NCBI RefSeq assembly: GCF_000020025.1
Contig: NC_010628.1
Coordinates: forward strand, 6,930,001-6,962,000
Reading direction: 5' to 3'
DNA length: 32,000 bases
DNA from: Nostoc punctiforme PCC 73102
GTDB lineage: Bacteria; Cyanobacteriota; Cyanobacteriia; Cyanobacteriales; Nostocaceae
A model generated the notes under the pieces. That model was not told where the DNA came from, searched no databases, and saw only the letters and a list, made by a program, of their open reading frames with translations. The translations under genes and the position numbers were made by a program. Below are positions 27,321 to 32,000 of the stretch, piece by piece (positions within the stretch are counted from its first letter, which is position 1; every line of letters starts with the position of its first letter).

Positions 27321-27322
27321 CC

Positions 27323-30300
27323 ATGTTACAAGACAAAGAATTAGAAATCCAGATGCAGTTTCTGGAAGAAGCAACTGATTACTTAAATACCTTAGAAGGG
27401 GTATTGCTAGAAATTGATACTACTAACCGCATTGATTTAGAGAAAATCAATGCTGCACTCCGAGCCGCTCATTCTATTAAAGGTGGCGCGGGGATGATGG
27501 GATTTAAATCACTAAGTCATTTATCCCATCGTTTGGAAGATTCCTTTAAAGTTTTAAAAACGAAAAAAAATTCTCTAGAAATTGACACCCAGTTGCAAAG
27601 TTTATTGCTATCTGGAGTTGATTGGCTGCGTCAGATTGTCGAATTGCTTGCAGAAGGAAATGTTGTTGAAGATGCGTGGTTAGCAACCTTTTGTTACCCA
27701 GTTTTTGATGAGTTGCACGATCGTTTGGGCGACCCCACCCCAGAGGATGCCTCATCTATGCTATCGCCAGAGGATGGACAAGATGTTATCCCCTTGCTAT
27801 TTGCCACAGAAGTAGAAGAGTGTTTGCAGCGTTTAGAATCTATATTGGCAGATAGCGAACAGCCCGGTTTGCATGAAGAAGTTGTCATCATGGCAGCGGA
27901 ATTGGGCGGTTTGGGTGAAATGCTCCAGTTGGCAGCTTTTACCAAGCTTTGTGAGTCAGTAACGCAGCAATTGGAAACGGTTAGCAGCTCGCGCATTCCC
28001 GAAATTGCCCAATTAGCATTGCAAGCATGGCGGCGATCGCAAGCTTTGGTGCTGACAAATCAACTAGATAACTTACCTACAGAACTTGATTTTGCTAGTT
28101 ATACGCAATCACCGCTACTATTACCAGCAGCAGAAGTAATACCACAGCTTCCCATCGCACACATAGATATTGTCGAGCCAGAAGCAGTGCCAACACCTGT
28201 TTGGCAGCCAGAAAATACTAGAGAAAATTGGACTAATGATGAAGCGTTGACGCAGCCTAGCGCAGGTATCGCTGCTAATTTTACATTTGTAGATGCAGAA
28301 TTTGCAGATGATGTTAATTCTATCAATGTTACAGAACAAAATCCCATATTTGCTAGAGAAAATAATCCTGCCGATGCTAAATCTAGCGAAGGGAAAGGAG
28401 AGTCAAATGGCGTTGTTAAAGATCGGGAAATTCATGAAAATAGCGTTCGAGTTCCCAGTAAACAACTAGAGCAAATTAATGATTTATTTGGCGAACTGAT
28501 TGTTCAGCGAAATGGCTTAAACTCGCAACTAGAAAGATTACGCAAACTTGTTCGGAACCTGAACCAGCGAGTACAAGTTCTCGACCGAGAAAATCAGGAT
28601 TTGCGTATAGCTTATGACAAAATTTCTACCCAAGCTGCTGGACTACGGATACAAGCTGAAAATGGCCACCAAACACAAGGCATAGACAGAGAATTTGATG
28701 CCTTAGAAATGGATCGCTATAACGATTTAAACCTGCGATCGCAGGAAGTTATGGAAACCATTGTTCAGGTACAGGAAGTTACAACTGATGTGCAACTCAG
28801 TGTAGATGATACAGACCAAATTGCTCGTAAAATCAACAAAACATCCAAACAGTTACAGACAAAGTTAAATCATATCCGAATGCGACCACTGTCCGATTTG
28901 ACCGAACGTTTTCCTAGAGCCTTGCGCGATTTAAATGTAGAGTATGGGAAAAATGTTCAGTTAAAAATTGAAGGCGGCAATACTTTAATTGAACGCAGCA
29001 TTTTAGAAACATTAAATGAACCTTTAATGCATCTCTTAAGGAATGCTTTCGATCATGGTATCGAAGACTCTGGCACTCGTCGTCTTCTGGGTAAACCAGA
29101 ACAAGGATTGATTGAAATTACAGCTAGTCACCGCAGTAATCGCACCCTGATTACTATCCGAGATGATGGTTGGGGCATTTCTTTGGAGAAAATTCGCACC
29201 CGCGCTTTAGCGATGGGATTGGATGCTTCTCTACTCGCTAATGCTAGTGATGAAGAACTATTATCACTAATTTTTGAACCAGGTTTTACCACCTCTGAGC
29301 AAGTTACAGCATTATCTGGTCGAGGTGTCGGCATGGATGTAGTTCGTAACAATCTCAAACTAATTCGAGGAGATGTGAAAGTTGATACGGAACCAGGAGT
29401 TGGTACTACTTTCACTCTATCAGTACCATTTACACTTTCCGTTGCGCGAGTTCTGCTGGTAGAAATCAACAAAATGCTGTTAGCATTTCCTACAGATGTC
29501 ATTTCAGAAATATTCTTACTCCAACACGAGAGAGTTTTCCAAATGGCAGGTAGCGAAGTTCTAAATTGGCAAGGAACCATGCTGCCACTGATTCGCCTAA
29601 CTCCTTATTTAGAGTTTAATTGTCTGCGCTACGATACCTCAGAATTAGAGACTCCGGCAGCAATTAATGCTAACAGTGTATTAGTAGTCAAAGGGAATAA
29701 TCAGCCAGTAGCAATCCAAATAGACCGTTGCTGGGGTGAACAAGAAGTTGCTATTCGCCAAGTTGAGGGAAATATACCTTTACCGGAAGGCTTCAGCAAC
29801 TGCACAATTCTCGGTGATGGTCGAGTAGTGCCACTTGTTAATGTTAATGAATTGCTCTATTGGATTGCTACAAATCGCCGGACTCCTAAAGGTATTCAAT
29901 TACCATCAGCAAGGTTAAAAACACCGTTCCTAATATTTGATGAAAACAAAATATCAGCAGCATCTGTTAAGCAGAAAGGTACAATATTAATCGTAGATGA
30001 CTCAATTAATGTTCGCCGCTTTTTAGCTCTGACCCTTGAAAAGGGAGGTTATCAAGTAGAGCAAGCTAAAGATGGTCAAGATGCTTTAGAAAAACTCCAT
30101 AGTGGATTGAGAGTTGAGGCAGTAATTTGTGATATTGAAATGCCTCGCCTTGATGGTTATGGTTTTTTGGGTAAGGTAAATTCAGATGTTGATACAAAAA
30201 ATATTCCAGTTGCAATGCTGACTTCTCGTAGCAGCAATAAACATCGGCAACTAGCTATGCAATTGGGGGCGCGGGCTTACTTTTCTAAACCTTATAATGA

Positions 30301-30367
30301 GCAAGAATTATTGCAAACGTTGGAGGAAATAATTCGGAATGTGGCAGAAAAGGCAGCTTCTAATTGA
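27323..30367 (+). CDS. Hybrid CheA-type histidine kinase: Hpt, long linker, dimerisation domain, HATPase_c, CheW-like domain, REC (PilL/PixL/HmpE-like)
   Basis: 1014 aa. Hpt has AAHSIKGGAG (His50 codon at 27470-27472). The N box is LMHLLRNAFDHG, G1 is RDDGWGI and G2 is SGRGVGMDVV. The CheW-like region follows. The C-terminal REC has ILIVDDS...VICDIEMPRLDG...SKP. Confidence 0.94.
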   Translation: MLQDKELEIQMQFLEEATDYLNTLEGVLLEIDTTNRIDLEKINAALRAAHSIKGGAGMMGFKSLSHLSHRLEDSFKVLKTKKNSLEIDTQLQSLLLSGVDWLRQIVELLAEGNVVEDAWLATFCYPVFDELHDRLGDPTPEDASSMLSPEDGQDVIPLLFATEVEECLQRLESILADSEQPGLHEEVVIMAAELGGLGEMLQLAAFTKLCESVTQQLETVSSSRIPEIAQLALQAWRRSQALVLTNQLDNLPTELDFASYTQSPLLLPAAEVIPQLPIAHIDIVEPEAVPTPVWQPENTRENWTNDEALTQPSAGIAANFTFVDAEFADDVNSINVTEQNPIFARENNPADAKSSEGKGESNGVVKDREIHENSVRVPSKQLEQINDLFGELIVQRNGLNSQLERLRKLVRNLNQRVQVLDRENQDLRIAYDKISTQAAGLRIQAENGHQTQGIDREFDALEMDRYNDLNLRSQEVMETIVQVQEVTTDVQLSVDDTDQIARKINKTSKQLQTKLNHIRMRPLSDLTERFPRALRDLNVEYGKNVQLKIEGGNTLIERSILETLNEPLMHLLRNAFDHGIEDSGTRRLLGKPEQGLIEITASHRSNRTLITIRDDGWGISLEKIRTRALAMGLDASLLANASDEELLSLIFEPGFTTSEQVTALSGRGVGMDVVRNNLKLIRGDVKVDTEPGVGTTFTLSVPFTLSVARVLLVEINKMLLAFPTDVISEIFLLQHERVFQMAGSEVLNWQGTMLPLIRLTPYLEFNCLRYDTSELETPAAINANSVLVVKGNNQPVAIQIDRCWGEQEVAIRQVEGNIPLPEGFSNCTILGDGRVVPLVNVNELLYWIATNRRTPKGIQLPSARLKTPFLIFDENKISAASVKQKGTILIVDDSINVRRFLALTLEKGGYQVEQAKDGQDALEKLHSGLRVEAVICDIEMPRLDGYGFLGKVNSDVDTKNIPVAMLTSRSSNKHRQLAMQLGARAYFSKPYNEQELLQTLEEIIRNVAEKAASN

Positions 30368-30410
30368 TAATTCATAATTTGAAACAAGAATGCGACAAGA
30401 AGACCATTTT

Positions 30411-30436
30411 TAGAGACGCGATTCATCGCGTCTTTA
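30411..30436. repeat. GC-rich hairpin of the tagagacgcga/tcgcgtcttta family, 44 nt after the CheA stop; possible terminator
   Basis: tagagacgcga-ttca-tcgcgtcttta forms an 11-bp stem including one G-T pair. Only a short T-run follows. Confidence 0.45.
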
Positions 30437-30514
30437 CCCAAGGGGATATTGCAATTATTAATTGAATTGATATTAGTATCCTGGCGGCTAGAAGTCTCGG
30501 CTACACAGACAAAA

Positions 30515-30646
30515 CCCGCACTTCTCTACGAGACGCTGCGCGTAGCTTGCTTCCACGAAGTGGTACGACAAGCTCAGTGACCGCCTGTGCGGGTTAAAAG
30601 CTACTGGCAAAAATTTGGTTTTTGAGACGCGATAAATCGCCGTCTC
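30515..30646 (-). repeat. Dispersed intergenic repeat, copy B: 68-bp core plus a GAGACG...CGTCTC hairpin module, inverted relative to copy A
   Basis: 30515-30582 is the exact reverse complement of 21586-21653. The hairpin module gagacgcgataaatcgccgtctc is at 30624-30646. About 42 extra nt separate core and hairpin compared with copy A. Confidence 0.85.
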
Positions 30647-31207
30647 TACAATTATTTTGGTATTATCTGAACTGTATTGATTGATATCACTAATAATCGT
30701 CTAGCTTTTTCGTGATACTATTTGTGTCAATTGAAATAATCTCTACATCAACTCAGTTTGTAGTGAATTTATGGTAACTGTAACACTGACGGCTGTAGCA
30801 ACTACACTTTGGACTAAGCCTCTGGAGAAAATTGGCGAAAACATTGGTGATGCTGCATGGATGCAAAGTGGCAAGTTAATAGAAAAGCTCCAACACAAAT
30901 AGGTCATTAGAGCATGATGCTTTTCTAGAAAATGCAAGAGGAAGAAATCTTCTTCAAGACAAATAAAACTATTTTGGGATAAGTGGAAAGTGACTAACGA
31001 AGAAATGGAAAAAATGGCACTTAATATTTGCTAATTGTTATAACCTGCAAGTTGCTAACAGCGTACTACAAGTAAAAAAATATGAGTCTCTTTTTTTGGA
31101 AAAGCCACAGTGCCAGGTAACGGAAACGTAGACACCGCAATACTTCGTGGAAAATGGCTTGTTTGTGAATCTTCACAATTTTCTGTAAGCTTTATATGTT
31201 AGACTTT

Positions 31208-31295
31208 ACAAGTCTGGACGCGGGAGAAGATATCTAAAGTCTATTGGTGTTGGTTGGTGGGCAGAACGAACAAGTCTGGACGCGAGAGAAGAGAT
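31208..31295. repeat. Direct duplication (two ~24-26-nt copies, 62 nt apart) spanning the GUN4 gene 3' end
   Basis: acaagtctggacgcgggagaagat (31208-31231) and acaagtctggacgcgagagaagagat (31270-31295). Confidence 0.75.
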
Positions 31296-32000
31296 TTGTA
31301 TTTAGAATTGTGGAATTAGGCAGCCAAGGCAGGTGTCCGTAGGAGGTACTTGTAGTATACGTAATCTCGTGACGGTCGAGCCATCGCTTCTCCATCGTTT
31401 CTTCTTGTTTAAATCCAAACCATAAATCTTTTACAACTTTCTCATCCTTGCGCCAGCTAATGCGATCGCCAAACTTGTCGTAGTCTCTTCCGACGCTTTC
31501 CCAAATGCGCTTTTGCACGCTAAATCCAAAACGCCCATTGCTATATTTTACCCACAGTTGGTCAATAGTGCGTAAGTCAGTACAAGGAAAGTTTTCAATA
31601 GATTCACTACTTAACCAGCCATCTTTTTCTCTGCCAGTAGCTTTGAGCATAACTGCTAAAGTTTCTTGATCTGCTTCTTTCCACTTTCCAGCTTTGAGTA
31701 AATCGTGTAACCGCGTATAGTCTACACCATTCTCAGAAATCAGGTCATCATTTTTTTGTTGTCGTGGGCGTTGCAGTGTTTCTGCTTCTTGTTGTCGTAC
31801 CTGCTCGGCTTTTTGTTGTTCTCGTTGTAGCCGCAACCTTTTTGCTTCTTCTCGTTGGCGTTTTAGTCTTTCTCCTTCTTGTTGTTGTCGTATTCTCTCG
31901 GCTTCTTCTATTGGAGCTAAAATTATTTCTTCAATTCTCTTTACATGCTCATTCTTAAGTCCTAACAACTGCTGGAACTGTTTTAATCCATTGTGTACAT
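31234..32000 (-). CDS. GUN4-domain protein, C-terminal part; the frame is open to the window edge, so the N-terminus lies outside
   Basis: GUN4 core: GVDYTRLHDLLKAGKWKEADQET...FPCTDLRTIDQLWVKYSNGRFGFSVQKRIW. It is preceded by an R/Q/E-rich helical segment. The track start (TTG 31968) is probably not real, because there is no stop between it and position 32000. Confidence 0.85.
   Translation of the reverse strand, partial: VHNGLKQFQQLLGLKNEHVKRIEEIILAPIEEAERIRQQQEGERLKRQREEAKRLRLQREQQKAEQVRQQEAETLQRPRQQKNDDLISENGVDYTRLHDLLKAGKWKEADQETLAVMLKATGREKDGWLSSESIENFPCTDLRTIDQLWVKYSNGRFGFSVQKRIWESVGRDYDKFGDRISWRKDEKVVKDLWFGFKQEETMEKRWLDRHEITYTTSTSYGHLPWLPNSTILNTNLFSRVQTCSFCPPTNTNRL

Noticed and set aside
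30743-30937. 64-aa minus-strand ORF.
   Set aside because: No RBS and no motif. It overlaps the plus-strand 43-codon ORF, which at least resembles a known type of N-terminal module. Neither is convincing as a live gene.

Overview
This looks like a chromosomal segment from a Nostoc/Anabaena-type filamentous cyanobacterium. I infer that from more than 20 HIP1 octamers (GCGATCGC) seen by eye, heptamer STRR arrays such as (TTGGTCA)n, and the gene content. All product calls rest on motifs I recognise from memory; no database search was possible.

Most of the window is ordinary core genome:
- a partial GT2 glycosyltransferase
- cobU/cobP
- an ArnT/PMT-like GT39 membrane glycosyltransferase next to an OlsB/N-acyl-amino-acid-synthase-like acyltransferase, in a lower-GC stretch
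- the ndhA-ndhI-ndhG-ndhE operon followed directly by nadK
- gltA, sixA, a DUF29 gene, a DHH phosphoesterase, an HNH endonuclease, alr, tRNA-Leu(UAG), a HAD-IIB hydrolase and a partial GUN4-domain gene
- a complete five-gene cyanobacterial taxis cluster of the PilG-L/Hmp type: PatA-type response regulator, CheY, CheW, a Cache-HAMP-GAF MCP, and a hybrid CheA

Features that stand out:
1. ndhI carries an in-frame TAA at codon 44, where a conserved Tyr is expected.
2. A strongly AT-rich, HIP1-free ~1.4 kb islet sits between sixA and the DUF29 gene. It encodes one 423-aa protein with an RNKVAH (Rx4H) HEPN-type motif and lies next to a 32-codon PIN-domain stub. This is my best candidate for an uncharacterised single-gene defence or toxin module.
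3. A perfect 68-bp repeat in inverted orientation brackets the whole taxis cluster.
4. The MCP GAF domain resembles a cyanobacteriochrome GAF, but both chromophore cysteine positions are replaced.
5. STRR composite elements sit at intercistronic junctions of unrelated operons and supply near-identical ribosome-binding leaders.

I see no CRISPR array, transposase, integrase or rRNA. I cannot show that any multi-gene novel system is present.
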